The translations under genes were made by a program, and so were the position numbers. DNA of 64,000 bases, from the NCBI GenBank assembly GCA_044892525.1, contig CM097885.1, positions 23,500,001 to 23,564,000 on the forward strand, given 5' to 3'. Positions 26,151-39,573 of the stretch are shown here, in pieces. The DNA is from Schmidtea polychroa. Its lineage: Eukaryota. Numbering within the stretch: position 1 is the first letter of the stretch; every line of letters begins with the position of its first letter. Under the pieces are notes generated by a model. The model was not told where the DNA came from. It did no database searches and was given only the letters and a program-made list of their open reading frames with translations.

Positions 26151-27238
26151 TGAAAATCGATAATTACGACTTGACCTTGAAAAAAATGAGGGTTGGTAGG
26201 GGGCGGTAACTAATGGTGGCGTCAGAGGCTCACATCTACCTACTGCTACATCACCCGCATCACAAAGCTAACGAATAAGAACGTGTAAAAGCAATTATCA
26301 AGAGTTCATTTTGAAAGAATCCCCCCGTTCGCGACATACAAAATATCTAATCATCAAAGTCTAAAAAAGAAATAAAAAAAAGAGAAATTGAAAAAAAGAT
26401 TTTACAGATTAAAAAAATGTTCAAATTTAATTTTTATTTATAGGAAAGTTTGTCATGTAAAAGAAAGATAAGTAAATTTAAATTATAATATCGTGTCTTA
26501 TTCAATGTATTGGTAAAGCTTTGTTGAAATTCTGTGAAAACTTGTGTTGTTTTTAAATGTATTAAATTATTAAGTTAAATAATTATTGTATATAAATATT
26601 GAAAATAATCTAAATTAAAAAATAATTGATTATTTAAAATTAATAAAAAGATGTATAATGGAAGTGCATATTTGTGTTAATGAAGTTTATGTGAGATAAG
26701 AAAAGTTGTAGAGACTATAAATATGTATTTATTTATTAAGGAAAATTCCTATCGCAAAAGACAACTTAATTTCAATGTAGAAAATATGCAAAAAACAATT
26801 TACTATTACGTGGAAAAGCTTAAAAGTTGTCTTGTTAAGAGTGCAAAAAATTGTTTTAAACAAGTTAATGATAATATAAGCCTTTTACTGCAAAGTATAT
26901 ATTGAATAAAATGAAATAATTATCAATTAATATCAATTTATCCTAATAATAGATAATTCTGTTATTATAAAGAACTATATTTAAAACTAGAATGACTGAC
27001 TCATTGTTTTTCAGTCTGGACACATTATTCTCTCGGCTTAATAACACTTGTATTTATAATCATACTTTCGTCAAATAATCAGTCAAAATTAGAATTTCCA
27101 AAATATGTTATTACAATTGCATTATTAATTAAGATTTCATAGTATAAAATTTATGTAAAATATTGGTTGAATATTTGAATTATAAGTAATCCATACTAAG
27201 AAATCCATAATAAATATTACATAGGTTGTGGTTTAATT

Positions 27239-27840
27239 ATTATTGACAATGTTTACTACTTATAAATGTCAGTAGCATATCTTTGTTAAAATTTATTTCG
27301 AAAGATTACATTTTATATAGTAATATGTATATTTAGGTGGTGGAATTTTATGAAATTTATCCTACTTACAATAGTCAGTAATATATAATTTTATTATTGC
27401 AAAATATAATTAAAATATCAAAACAAATTATTTTACACAAATAATAAATTGATTTTAGGTTTAAAAATTATTGACAATGTTACTACTTATAAATGTCAGT
27501 AGCATATCTTTGTTAAAATTTATTTCGAAAAATTTACATTTCCAAATATCATAGAATTTTATATACATTTGATACCTAAAGATTTTATAAAATTTATCCT
27601 ACTTACAATAGTCAGTAATATATAATTATATTACAAAATATAACGACAAAACTATCAAAACAAATTATTTTTCAGATAATTAATTGGTTTGAGATTTAAA
27701 AATTATTGGTGATGTTACTACTTATAAATGTCAGTAGCATATCTTTGTTAAAACTTATTTCGGAGGATTACATTTATGATTTTTATATATATTGCCAAAA
27801 AACAAATTTAAAATATATTCTACTTACAATAGTAAGCAAA
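27239..27840. repeat. Three tandem copies (third partial) of a ~230-bp unit
   Basis: TTACTACTTATAAATGTCAGTAGCATATCTTTGTTAAAA recurs near 27254, 27480 and 27715. CTACTTACAATAGT recurs once per unit. Confidence 0.9.
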
Positions 27841-28349
27841 TTTTAATTTAATTATTTTAAATTATATTGTTAATACCGTCCGCTATCCTTTGGATATGTG
27901 CAACACCCGTGACTTGTTATACTGTTACCAGCTTGTATAATTACATAATTACGGTCCATAATTACTGTTACGATTTTCAGCAGTAGAGCGTATAGAAGAT
28001 AAATCAAGAATAAGTGTAATGGCATTTGATAGTACAACGGTGACCTGCAAGCTGGGTAGCGTAATATTATTGACATCATACATAACCAGAGGGATTAATG
28101 TGGACATAGGGAGCATTTATTCACCCAGAGCTTCGCCAAAAGGAAGATAACAGTATAGATATTAACTGGGTAGGAAAAACGGGTAACCAGCAATATATTC
28201 ATTACGGTGAAATCTGCAAAATTATAACATATCTTTCAGAAAATGATAAAATAAAAATGAGCTCGAATTAAACTTAAATCTTTATATTAAAAAATATATT
28301 TAATATTTATTTAATTGAATAATGCTAAAAACAAAATTATAAAATCTAC

Positions 28350-28974
28350 CATCTTTAGATCGAGAGCATGTAAAATCCACGCTTGCGGTTCCAGGATCTG
28401 GTATTTCATTTTCATCCAAATTCCGAGTTAAATTTGGAATTGACTGACTTCTGTGCTTATTTTTACACCAATTATTATAATTATCACGCAATAAACTCTA
28501 AACATCATTATTTTACAAACAAACCAATAATCTACATCCACACTTTCATTTTTTCTAAATCTAAATTTAGTTTATTTGTCCACTGAACTTTTTTTTCGGA
28601 ATTACAAAATTTATTGTCATCAAATGTTGATGGAAGAAATAAATTCGGTAATGAGGCATGGACTCGAGATTTTTTACGAATTGAATGGCCTTTAGTTGGT
28701 GGTGGCTTAGGAATTTTAGTTTTTTCTATACAACATCATAGTTTTACACATAGTATTCTCAAATTTTTACCAAATCTTTTAACTAGATTATTTAGTGATT
28801 CACTTAGAAGCGGTGTAAGATTATATATTACAGTTTCACTTTTATTTCCTAGAAAACTTGTAATAATAAATTTAGAACAATTAATTAACCTTTTAAATCT
28901 TTGACATCTGATATAGATGAATCAGTAATGAAATTAAGATTAGAAGTGTCTAAATTTTCGCCGACAACTTCCAT
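28350..28974 (-). CDS. Putative multi-exon orphan gene (four short exons, 3' end unresolved)
   Basis: ATG at 28974. Three ~40-46 nt GT-AG introns keep the frame open: MEVVGENLDTSNLNFITDSSISDVKDLK-GNKSETV..KRF-EKTKIPKPPPTKGHSIRKKSRVHASLPNL..EKMK-SLLRDNYNNWCKNKHRSQSIPNL..RSKD. One donor (GTGTGG) is weak. Confidence 0.45.
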
Positions 28975-29457
28975 TTAAAATAATTATTCCTTAAAATCAC
29001 CTTTACTTCTAAAGTGTTAAAAATTAAATTTTTTTTAAAAAAAGTTTAAATATTAAAATAAACATAATTTAAAAATGGTGTCTTGAAATAACAAACAACA
29101 TTATACAAACAAAATCTTTTTAAACTACAAATTTCGAGAATTAAAAAAGGTTGCAAAATATATGTTTCCAAAAAAAACTTTTTAAGTATAATAAAATATT
29201 ACAATTAAGTAGAACGTTATAATTATGTTAAGTTATGGATCATTTAAAATGATTGAACATAATATTTAATAGCATTAGTGTTTATTATATTTTTGTTAAA
29301 CACATAATTTTTGGGTGAATAAAATTTTTACATATATTTTCTTTTTTTAAAAATTGAGTTTTATTGAAAGTGTGTTACATTTGTTTTTGGTTGTGTATAT
29401 AATGATAAAAATATAATTTATTTAACCAAATTAAATTATCTAACTGAGTCCTTAAAC

Positions 29458-31096
29458 CAGTGGTTTCCAACCCGGGAGGCGCTAAAACTTTTAGGTAAAA
29501 AACTTATTTTCATACTTTAATATCTAAAAATAAATAAAACTTGTTATTGTAACGAAACTGTAAAAATTCAGAAAATAAATTCTTAATTCTATTTCTATTA
29601 AATTTCTATACATCTATATATCTACTAAATTTCTATACATACATATATAAAAATTATAAAAATTATAAAAATTATCCGAAGAGGAAGATTTTACAATTGG
29701 CGCCTTTGCAACGCTCTGCTTCGGTAATGCATAAAACGTCCGCTAGTTGCACGAAACAATAACCTCAAATTTATACGTCACTCGTCGCAAAAGTGTCAAC
29801 TGAAGCGAATTTCGTGATTTCTTTCTCAAAATAATCGTTAGTATATTTTCATATTTATATTTAATTATTATTTTTTTTAAATTATATCAATAAAATATTT
29901 TTAGACAAATGGATAAAGTTTTGAGTGAGTACAAGAAAAAAGTTGACAATAATAAAGATAATGATGCTGATATAAGTGGGAATAATATGAGAAAATAAGG
30001 AGGTAAAACTCACAAGAAAAGACAATACTGTGCATCATATATATCGTTAGGATTTACAAGTGTTGTCATAGATGGCTCGGAAAAATCAATGCGTTTGTTG
30101 TGTTTGAAAGTCTTGGCTTCAGATTGTATGAGACCAGTAAAATTAAAACGGCACCATGAAAATATACACCCCGAATATGTTAACAAGCCTATAGAATTTT
30201 TTCAAAAAGATAAATTTTCAAAAAGAAACGTTCAAAAAAATAGTTTTAATCACACCAAACGCATTATTGGCTTCGTACCATGTCTCATACCGAATTGCGA
30301 AATGTAAGAAACCACATACAATAGGAGAAACCCTAATTTTAGCAACAGCTGTTGATGTGGCTCGAATAATGTTCGGCAAATCGTATGCAAAACAGTTGCA
30401 ACAAATTCCACTAGATGATAATACAGTTGGGAGAAGAATCAATGATATTTCTGAAGATATCAGCGATCAATTAGTTACTCGGCTGCATACTTCGATATTC
30501 GCAATTCAAGTAGACGAGGAAACTGATATAACTAGAAGATGCCCATTTGATTGCATATGCTCGATATGTTTCGGAGAATGATGTATTAGAAGATATATTA
30601 TTTTGCCAACCCATTCCTGGAAAGACCACATCCATTGAAATTTTTAATATAATAGACGGTTTTATTGAAGAAAACGACATATTGTGGAATAATTGTATTG
30701 GACTGTGTACTGACGGAGCTCACTGAATGTCCGGACACAAAACAAGTCTTCAAGCATTGGTGAAAAAAGCACCACATGCTATCTGGACGCACTGTTTGCT
30801 TCACAGAGCAACTCTAGTGTAAAAAAATATGAGCGAGGAACTGAAGAACATTTTCTCAAAAGTTATAAAAATTATAAACTAACAGTCCCTTGAAATTTAG
30901 GCTGTTTGCAAAACTGTGTGATATGGAAGCTAATTATATTTCACTTCTGTATTATTGTGAAGTTCGCTGGCTATCTCGTGCAAAAGTCATTCAAAAGGTG
31001 TTTGAACTCAAAGAAGAAATAGCAATCTTTCTCGAAGAAAACCACCTTGAAAAGGCACATTTGTAGACGAACGATAACTTTATTGTGAAACTTGCC
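29458..31096 (+). mobile_element. hAT Buster/Charlie (SCAND3/ZBED5-like) transposon, 5' part with decayed transposase
   Basis: Left TIR CAGTGGTTTCCAACC at 29458. Translated pieces RQYCASYISLGF, CLKVLASDCMRPVKLKRH, SYRIAKCKKPHTIGETLI, FAIQVDEETD, CTDGA, WTHCLLHR and EVRWLSR, with many stops and frameshifts. Truncated at about 31097. Confidence 0.92.
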
Positions 31097-32017
31097 TATG
31101 GTGGGTTATTGGTGGTCAAATATTTATTCTTTAGTGCTGTTACCAGCGTAACCCAAAAATACAACGTTGTTTTACAGCTTGATACCCGTTGAGTGATCAA
31201 CGTTGCTACGTATCAAGTGGGTGAGTACTCGCAAAAAGTGAGCGCACCAACGACACTATAATTGTCGGGTACTCTATGGGTCCACGGACTACCGTTAGAA
31301 GGCATGTGTCCGATTTACTCAGGTCCCTTACCGAAATTGTTTTATAATAATTTATTCAACTAGCCCAAAACATAATAAAGGAATAATGAAGGATAACAAA
31401 ATTAATAAAGAATAACAAAGGACTAGGCATAATCAAGGAAAATCAATTAAGGTAAAAGTGTGGATGAAAATTTACGTTAGTCTATAGGGGATTCTTCCGA
31501 GGCCTCCCTCGCTTCCGTGGGGGCGCATCTTCGCTCTCGATCTCCTCCAGCGGGATCCCCTTTCCTCTGCCCGAAGATGGGCTTCGATCCGTCTCAGCCA
31601 GAGTTAGGCGGCCTCCAACTCCATCATCGCTCTGTCGCGGGCCTCCTCCAACAGATTGTTCTTGGGTTCCGTTTAAAACCATGTTGGGGCTTCGGGCTCG
31701 GGACCACTCCGTATGACTGGGCCGTAGTTGTCCAGGTCTAGACCCCGGTTCCAATCGTGTATTGAGTACCAGATATATCTGGACCGGAGTCGAGTGATTA
31801 ATCGACTGTTTGCCTTTTCGTCGTCGTAGATACCGGTTTGGAACATTTCTATAATTATTTCAGATATAGTTCTGTCGGTCATCATATGAAAGCAAAATTT
31901 AGATTCTATACTTAAGATCGATTTTCAACCCGTTCCCATTGCCAATGCTAGACCCTATGCTTAAAAGAAAAATAAGCAAAAGTCATGTTGTTACCACCGA
32001 CCTATCAACCCACCGCA
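31097..32017 (-). mobile_element. GC-richer insertion with short imperfect TIRs; possible internally deleted Ginger/Gypsy-integrase-type element with AT-hook ORF
   Basis: Ends TATGGTGGGTT..GGTGGT and ACCACC..AACCCACCGCA. Minus-strand ORFs MMTDRTISEIIIEMFQTGIYDDEKANSRLITRLRSRYIW and ...PPRKRGRPRKNPL. No TSD found. Confidence 0.4.
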
Positions 32018-32495
32018 TTTTTTGACATGAGTGCATAATTCTAATTTACTTAAATTTTTTAATTTATAATATTCCTCGACTAATAAAGTTAATTTTTCCC
32101 CCTATGCTTAAATTCATTGTATTAGATTACAACAAAAAAATTTAGTAGCTAAAGTTTAATTAAAGTAAAGGAAATATATATATATATATATATCCTAATT
32201 TTAGTATGTGTGCGTCCATTGATTCAGTAAAATAAATTTGAATTATTTTAATTCTACTTAATTTTGGATTTCAATTTATTTTCAGTTTTGGCGGCGATTT
32301 ATCGTAAATTATTATTTATTTTAATTTCTAATTTTTCTATTTTATTTGTTTTTAATTAATTTTGCCGCTATGATGGATATGGGCGTTTTCTAGAATATTT
32401 TGTTTTTTAGGGATTTTAATATATGATTCTCATTTATTTTTGTTTTTATAAACAATAAAGTGATAATTTAAGCCTTTTGCTGCGAATAATGTATT

Positions 32496-33355
32496 GGGAG
32501 GCTATTACTGTGGTCATAATTATACTAAGTCTGGGCTTAAATTTTACATGGCCTTAATTAAAATATTATTAGGTGATGAATGTTATTACTGTGGCCCTTA
32601 AATTAAAAAAAAACTTGGCCATTAAATAAATAGAAAAATGGTCTTCAATATTTTTACTTCGGTCATTAAATGATTAAGGTATTGATAAAAAATATATAAA
32701 TAGAGGAAGCCGCTTAATGTAATCACAGTGAGAAGGGGGTCAACTGGTCGAAACTCGATAGATAAAAAAATGGATCTTGTGTTAACTGGTCAAAACATTG
32801 ATCAAAAATATAAAATTAAAAGTCAAACTGGTCAAATAGCTGTAGCCAGTCTAAAAAATTTAGACTGTCTACAGGAAGAATTTCAACCAGTTGCACAAAA
32901 ATGTAATAGTTAACCAAGTTCTATTTCTTCGTGTTTTCTTTGATTGGGATCCTGTTTCCACCAATGATGATTCATCGTCGGAATGGAAATCTTCCAACTG
33001 CTTATAATCACCGCTGTTGTTCATTTCTTGTATTTTTTTCTGAATCAACTATAAATGGTAGAGAAACAAATTGTATGCACTTATTAAAACAAACGTTGAT
33101 ACTAGTGCAATTTAATAATTTAATATTTTTACAAATAAATTTCATAAACATTTTAATTAAATTAATTAATTAATTAAATTACGTGGTAGTATGCTGAGTA
33201 ATTTAATTAATTCCCCAAAGTAATATTATTAATAACTAGTACGTGGTAGTATGCTGAGTAATTTAATTAATGTCCTCTGTAATTAATTTAAAGGCCAAAG
33301 TTAGTAAAATGAATTCCAAAATTTAATTTAAATATGGCCAAACTAATATTACCCC
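32496..33355. mobile_element. Non-autonomous Mutator-like (long-TSD) element
   Basis: 10-bp direct duplication ATAATGTATT (32486-32495, 33356-33365), GGG...CCC termini with imperfect TIRs, TATTACTGTGG subterminal repeats, and an internal 60-bp-period duplication near 33180-33270. Confidence 0.7.
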
Positions 33356-33737
33356 ATAATGTATTTAATGAAAAAGGCTTAAATTATCACTTTATTATTT
33401 TAAATAATAAATGCTGCTATCAAGAAATCATCACTTTATATTTTTGTTTTTTGTTAATTTAATTATCACTGTTTATTTTTATTTTTATTTATTTTAAATT
33501 ATTTGGAGGCCATGATAGATTTTGTTATTTTTACCGAATATTTTAGTTTTTCTATTTATTCCTCTTGTAATTTCTATCTCTAATTTATTTTTTGATGTTA
33601 TTTTGTGGAAATCTTTCTAATTTCCATTCCTACCTCTCCTTATCGCCATTGATTCAAATTTTCTTCTGTTATGAATCTATATTGTGTTTGAGTTTGTTTC
33701 GTGTATTACTTATTGCTTTTGTTATATTTTTCTTTAA

Positions 33738-33977
33738 CCCTTTCCAGCCCAGTGATTCCAAATGGAATCATTAGTTAAAAACTCAGTTTTTTCTCTCTAC
33801 TACCAAAACGGTTGGCAGTAACTAGTGAGAACTATAGTAAGATATGTTTTTAACAGTTGGCACAGGGGGCAACAAAAAAATTGAAGTTAAATATTTTTAT
33901 GGTAAAATAAGTAGTTTTGGTACCTACTTACTGCATATATTTTTTTTTTGTTTTGAAAAAATTTGGGCTGGAAAGGG
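33738..33977. mobile_element. piggyBac-type MITE
   Basis: TTAA on both sides; perfect 14-bp TIR CCCTTTCCAGCCCA / TGGGCTGGAAAGGG. Confidence 0.92.
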
Positions 33978-36162
33978 TTAAACTTGCGTTTATTACCTTA
34001 TTTGTTAAGTGGGTTCTATTAGTTATGTTTATTTGGTGTTTTGATGTTTTTCTAATTTAACTCGACTTACTGTTATGTTTGCGTGTTATATTCTGACGCA
34101 TTTTGTCACATTACTTATATACGGGCTTAGAATTAGTTTTTGCCCAACAAAGATTTTATAATAAGAAATGTAGTTGATGAAATTCAACATTTAACCGAAG
34201 ATGACAAGTCTACCATTAGTGAGCATTCTCAATCCAACACCCAACATGACTCTGTTAAATTCGAATAATTTAATAAATGTGGTGATGAGGATTGTGAATG
34301 TAGTAATACATTTAAATTGATTAGCGGTTCAAATAATCCATTTCCGGTTAAATCTTTATGATCATATATTTATATATAAATCCTCATAGACACAAATAAT
34401 TCCAACAAACTCACTATCCAATGCCCCTCTATGGTTCTGTGTTGCCCGGTCGATTTATATTTATTAATTTTCAAAAATTATTATACATCTTTTACTCACT
34501 ATTATCAGCAGTTAATTACAATTATGTCTCAAAAACAATAGAAATTTCTCAACACTTTAATTAAAAAAATGAATACATTTTCTAAAATGGCAATTAAAAC
34601 CTTCAAATTAACAGAAAGATTCCTGATTCTAAATATCTGAGATTTAAGAAATATTAAACTCCCTTGGGTGCAATGTAAATTTAGAAAGATAATTAAAGTG
34701 TGAAATTAACGGATGAAGTAGCAAACTATTAACTTACATTATTAAAATTCTCATTTTATTAGATCAAACTGCCGATTTCATTGAGTAGCTTAACAGAAAA
34801 TGATAGAAAATTCAAATTAACGGCAATAACATTGTCAAAGATATTCAATAAAATAGCTGATTTAAACATTTGAAAATAATTTTCTTTTAATTTACATTAA
34901 TGTTGATGATAAATTATTATTATTATCTGTAATTTTCAATGTAATTCTATACTGTTAATATTAATAATAATATGGTTTCACTCTTTAAATATCGTGAATA
35001 TAAATGACTGACAATATTAATGATGATATTCATTGATGAGATTAAATCAGGAGAAATATTTAATTTCAGATTATGTTTTTGATGATCTAACAAGATAAGA
35101 GGATTATACAAATGATATACAAATATCTTTTTAAGCGATAATTATACTCTTTACAATGATATTTGTAACATTTATATTCAATTATTGTTGAGTTAACTAA
35201 ACAACCTCAATGTAATAAAAATATAAAATTATTTAAATTCTTATTTTTATTCATAATAATGACTTTCAAATATTTAAAAGATTTTCTTAAAATTTATTAT
35301 TAAAACAAACTTGGATAATAAAACTTGGAGAATTCAATAAAGTATTATCATATTATAAGAGGTATCGACATGCTGCAATCATACACTTACTATTAAAAAT
35401 ACATTTTTTAGCTGACTCCAAAAGAAAACGATAATTAATCGTCTAGATGCGAGTGAGTAGTCTAAAATTTAATGATAAATAAATATTTTAAGAACTTTTT
35501 TTCCAATTTCACCACTGATTATTTTATCATTGAATTTATTAAAAAGAGCTTCAAGACTATGAATCAGTAATATATCGATGTTTTTGATATTCACGAATTT
35601 TCAGCAGTGCCTTTTCAAGTGAACAAATATTTAAAAATAGTAATATTTAATTATTATTTATATTTATAATTTTATATGCCTAATTCGCATTATGCGAACC
35701 CCCTTCTCAACATCTCCGATCTCAACAAATCGATGTCAAAATAAAATCGTAAAAATATTAAAAATAAAAAAAATATTGCTACAATAGCAATTTAAAAATG
35801 TAATCTTTTTTAAAATTAATAAGAATTTACTGTAATGGACATTGAATATTTGTAATAGAAATTGCCAACAATTCAGATGCAATAAATTGCATCTCTTTAA
35901 TTCTTATTATAAATTTTTATTTTATTAAAATAACGAAACTTGTTGAATAATTCATTAACAAATAGCTGAAATGTAGTAGAATAAATATAATTTATTAATA
36001 TTATAAGAACTTTTTTCAATTTTCACAACTGATTTCTTTTCGATTAACATTGTATTTATTAAATCTGGATAACTTCAAATATTTTTATTTAACATTTCAC
36101 TAAATTAATTAAATTTTGTTGTAATTTGCGTTTTTTAATTAAAAAATATAATATCAAATCGT

Positions 36163-39100
36163 TTAGGATGACATTTTTATAATTTTGTGAACTAAAAAAT
36201 GGTTATTGTTTATATTGACAAATTTCAAGGTGAGGGCAGAATTCAAAAATTTTTCAGATATCTGTGATAATAGAATAAAAGCTATTAATTCACCTTTGGC
36301 ATGTACTATTACTATAGATAAGAGGTTCGCAACTATTTTTGTTTCGTGGATCACTTGCCATGTTTTTCGGTTTTGGGTAAACAAAATAACTCCTTACCTG
36401 ATATTGAGATTTTGGAAATTCATCAATTTCAAATGTATTTTTGAATGCTGGTATAATGTTTGAGTGCCACTTCGATTTGTCGTCAACTAAATAATTTATT
36501 TGTCACAAGATATTTTAAATCGGGTTAACTATATTAATTTATTTCGCGGTTAATTAAAAATCATTTCAAATAAACCGCGAAATTATTGTAGGTTTTACCG
36601 CATCTCTTTTTCTTGATTTTGTTCTGTACAATGCGTTTTGTTTTTGTTTCGGTTACCTAAATATATCACCGAAAACGAAAAGAACGAAAAAAGCCATGAA
36701 CATATAAAATGCGATAAATTTCGGGCTATAGCATCAGGAAATAAAAAACATTTAGAAGCAGCACGGAGCAATATGAAATACAGTTTTATAAATAAAATTC
36801 ACATTGTCTTTACAAAATATCTTCCTGTTTTTTAAGAAACAAATCAGTTTGTATGTTATTTATTTGTAATAATAAAAACTTATTTTCGTGTTCCATAAAA
36901 ATTTTTTTAATCAAATGACCGGGTCAAAAATTTTATAAAAAAGTTGCAACATTTTATGTGAATCATATTTTTGACAAAAAAATAAGAAAAATATTCGGTT
37001 CTATAATTTTATATAATTATGATAAATGATCACTAAATTTTTAGCTAATTTAGCTTTAGTGTATTTTCTTTACGATAAAATTGTTAATTGAATGTGAGGT
37101 ACAAATTGTCGTATTAAAGTAAATTACATTTAGAAATGGAGTAGGCCAGAGTATCTCAAACTTATTTGGCTTACTGGCCCTTTTCATAAATATATGATAA
37201 AAGTCCCCTGGAAATCTATATTATTTAAGCAAACAAACAGTGGAATTTTTATGTATTTACACACTAAAGAAAGATGTTATAAGACGCCTTGAAGCTTAAA
37301 TTATAAAAGTATTTATTAAAATCAAAAAGATTCATCTTTAAAGCATAGAAAATTAACATTAGTAATAATTCTAGTGAGAAGGATGAACTTGGTGCACTGC
37401 TATCATTTTATTTATGTTCAACTCTACTTTTGTTAACAGCATTCTGTTGGGTTTTCAATTAAGTAAATATTTCAGTCGGTGTTCATTAGAAAGCAATTAT
37501 TCAATCAATACCCAACGTATATTTTATTCAAAATTTGATAGTACAATCTACAAATTACAAAACTTGAAAGATTTATTCCGACTATCCAATAGGTCTCGCT
37601 GCCTGACCGTTTTGTTCTGCATGTTCTACAATAATAATCACCTCTTCTTTAATCCTGTGACTTAACTTGATTTTTTTTTCTCTTCCGTTAGTACTATCTT
37701 CTGATTTTAATTTCCCCTTAAACCATACTGTCAAATTGTTCGTCTCTACCTGAGACAAAATGCCAATTGTTTCTAAGTTTGAGTTGATAAAACAGTCGCA
37801 TTGATTAATAGTGTTTTAACTAAATCACCTCTATTTTACAATTTTTACTGCGTGGCCTTTTTCATTTTTTTGCCGTTAAAGAAAATAGTTAATTGTACCA
37901 CCGTGCGTTTCCCTTGTTATAATCCTTTTCCCGCTTTCCCATTAATCACACTGTCATAATAATGGTTTTCCAACATCAACTTTGTTTACTTCTCTTTCTG
38001 TTTACTTAACTTGAGTTTTCCTTAATTAATTAATTAAAAATTTTCTGTTTTTGTACTTTTTCTTGTATTTCGACTCTTTCTGAACTTATTCTTATGAATC
38101 CATTCTCACAATGATCTCTCTCATCATCTCATCTGCATCTGACCCATTTTTCAAATTTTAATCTAATGATTTATTGATCGCTTATGATTTTGAATTTTCC
38201 ACAATCCTTTTTAATTATATAATAATTTTAAATTTAACAACCCTAACAATTCTTAAATCACCACGAATAGTTATTTACAGCAGGTTTCTCTTTTTAGTCA
38301 GCAATTTACAATAGCTGCCAATAGCTCACAATTCAGGATAAAGTGTAGACATCTACTTTTGTAGCCAGAATTGTTGGTATCCGACTTTGAGTTTTATGAG
38401 TTCTTCTCGTAATTTTAGAGAGTCTTCTGTGTTTGTACTTAAAACAGGGTCCAAAACCCAGTCGGATATTTTCAATTTAATAATATCTTCAAATCGTTTA
38501 TTGAAGTCAGGATAGAGGGCCTCCAAGTGCTGAAAATAGGCAAGCAAGTCGTCATTATATCTTTTTAGTGTTGTTAAATTTGTGAACTTGCGTAATTCTT
38601 CTCGTCTAAATTTCGTTTGTACAGAAGAACGTTTGCTATAAACACATAAATAACAGTTTTGTTTTAATTCAATTCATCTCATCATATTGTATCTGTAAAT
38701 TTGATTTATTAAATTTATGAAACAAGTCTGCCAAATAAAGTACGTCATTTTTTGAATCAATTAAGTTGTGTCATGAAACCTATTTTGTTTTCTAGTAACT
38801 CTAGCACTGACTCAAAGAGTTTATAGAACCGATTCAAACAGTCACCTTTTGACGGTCAACGAACTTCTATATTGAATTCTTTATCTTTTTCAACACAAGG
38901 TTGTCTAAACAATCTTTCATTTAATGAACTGTTTCTGATTTTCTTACTTGATGTAATGACATAATGTAATGATCCATGCCATCATTCAGCATTGGAAACT
39001 AAATGTCGACGAAAATTAAGCACATTGTTAATGTATTGTCTGTAGGAGACTGAATAAAGCCATAAGTTCAAGTTTTTAACGATTTCAAAATTTTGGGGCA

Positions 39101-39573
39101 CACAAAGAAAAAGATAAGTTTAAAAATTATTTACTTACTTATAACACACTGCTTAAAATAGTTTATGATAAAAATTTTAAATGTGCGAAATAAAATAATG
39201 TGTACTAAAAAATAACAAAACGTTTATTAATTAACTTTTACTAAGTTAAGGATTAATTACAAGTTAATAATAAGAATACTTTTAATGCGCAATTTGAGCT
39301 TGATGTAGCAAGCGGTATCATCAAATTTTGGAAACACTGATGTAGATTTTATATTTATTCAGTCTTGTGTTACGGTTAACGAATTAAAGCAGGTAGTTGA
39401 ATATTTTGTAGTATTTGTAATACTCCTAGTTTAATGCATAAAATAATTATTAAAATCAAAACAATACAATTTGTTTACAATATTCAAACCAATAGCCACA
39501 AGGATGTTTATTCAAAGTAGAATAAATAAGGAATAAGCATAAAGAATTTGCTTACCACATCAATCCACAACAT
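36163..39573 (-). CDS. Possible small spliced orphan gene (exons 39556-39573, 36599-36656, 36398-36486, 36163-36261)
   Basis: Canonical donors (GTAAGC, GTAAAA, GTAAGG) and acceptors with compatible phases give MLWIDV-VTETKTKRIVQNKIKKKRC-VDDKSKWHSNIIPAFKNTFEIDEFPKSQYQ-ISEKFL..MSS*. No recognisable domain. Confidence 0.3.
37147..39030 (-). mobile_element. Decayed hAT (Buster/SCAND3-like) transposon, 3' half, split by a nested insertion
   Basis: TIR-like CAGAGTATCTCAAAC at 37147. C-terminus LLTKVELNINKMIAVHQVHPSH* near 37370-37440. Upstream pieces LYLADLF, YFQHLEALYPDFNKRFED..WVLDP and LTKKRN..RGDLR lie at 38253-39000. Confidence 0.8.
37445..38248. mobile_element. TG..CA-bounded insertion with 4-bp TSD (solo LTR or Ginger-type deletion derivative)
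   Basis: ATTC duplicated at 37441-37444 and 38249-38252; ends TGTTGGGTT / AACCCTAACA. Removing it restores the hAT frame GDLRMLLTKV. Confidence 0.8.

Noticed and set aside
26010..27840. Regularly spaced repeats that might suggest a CRISPR array
   Set aside because: Eukaryotic context, whole units are repeated without unique spacers, and no cas genes.
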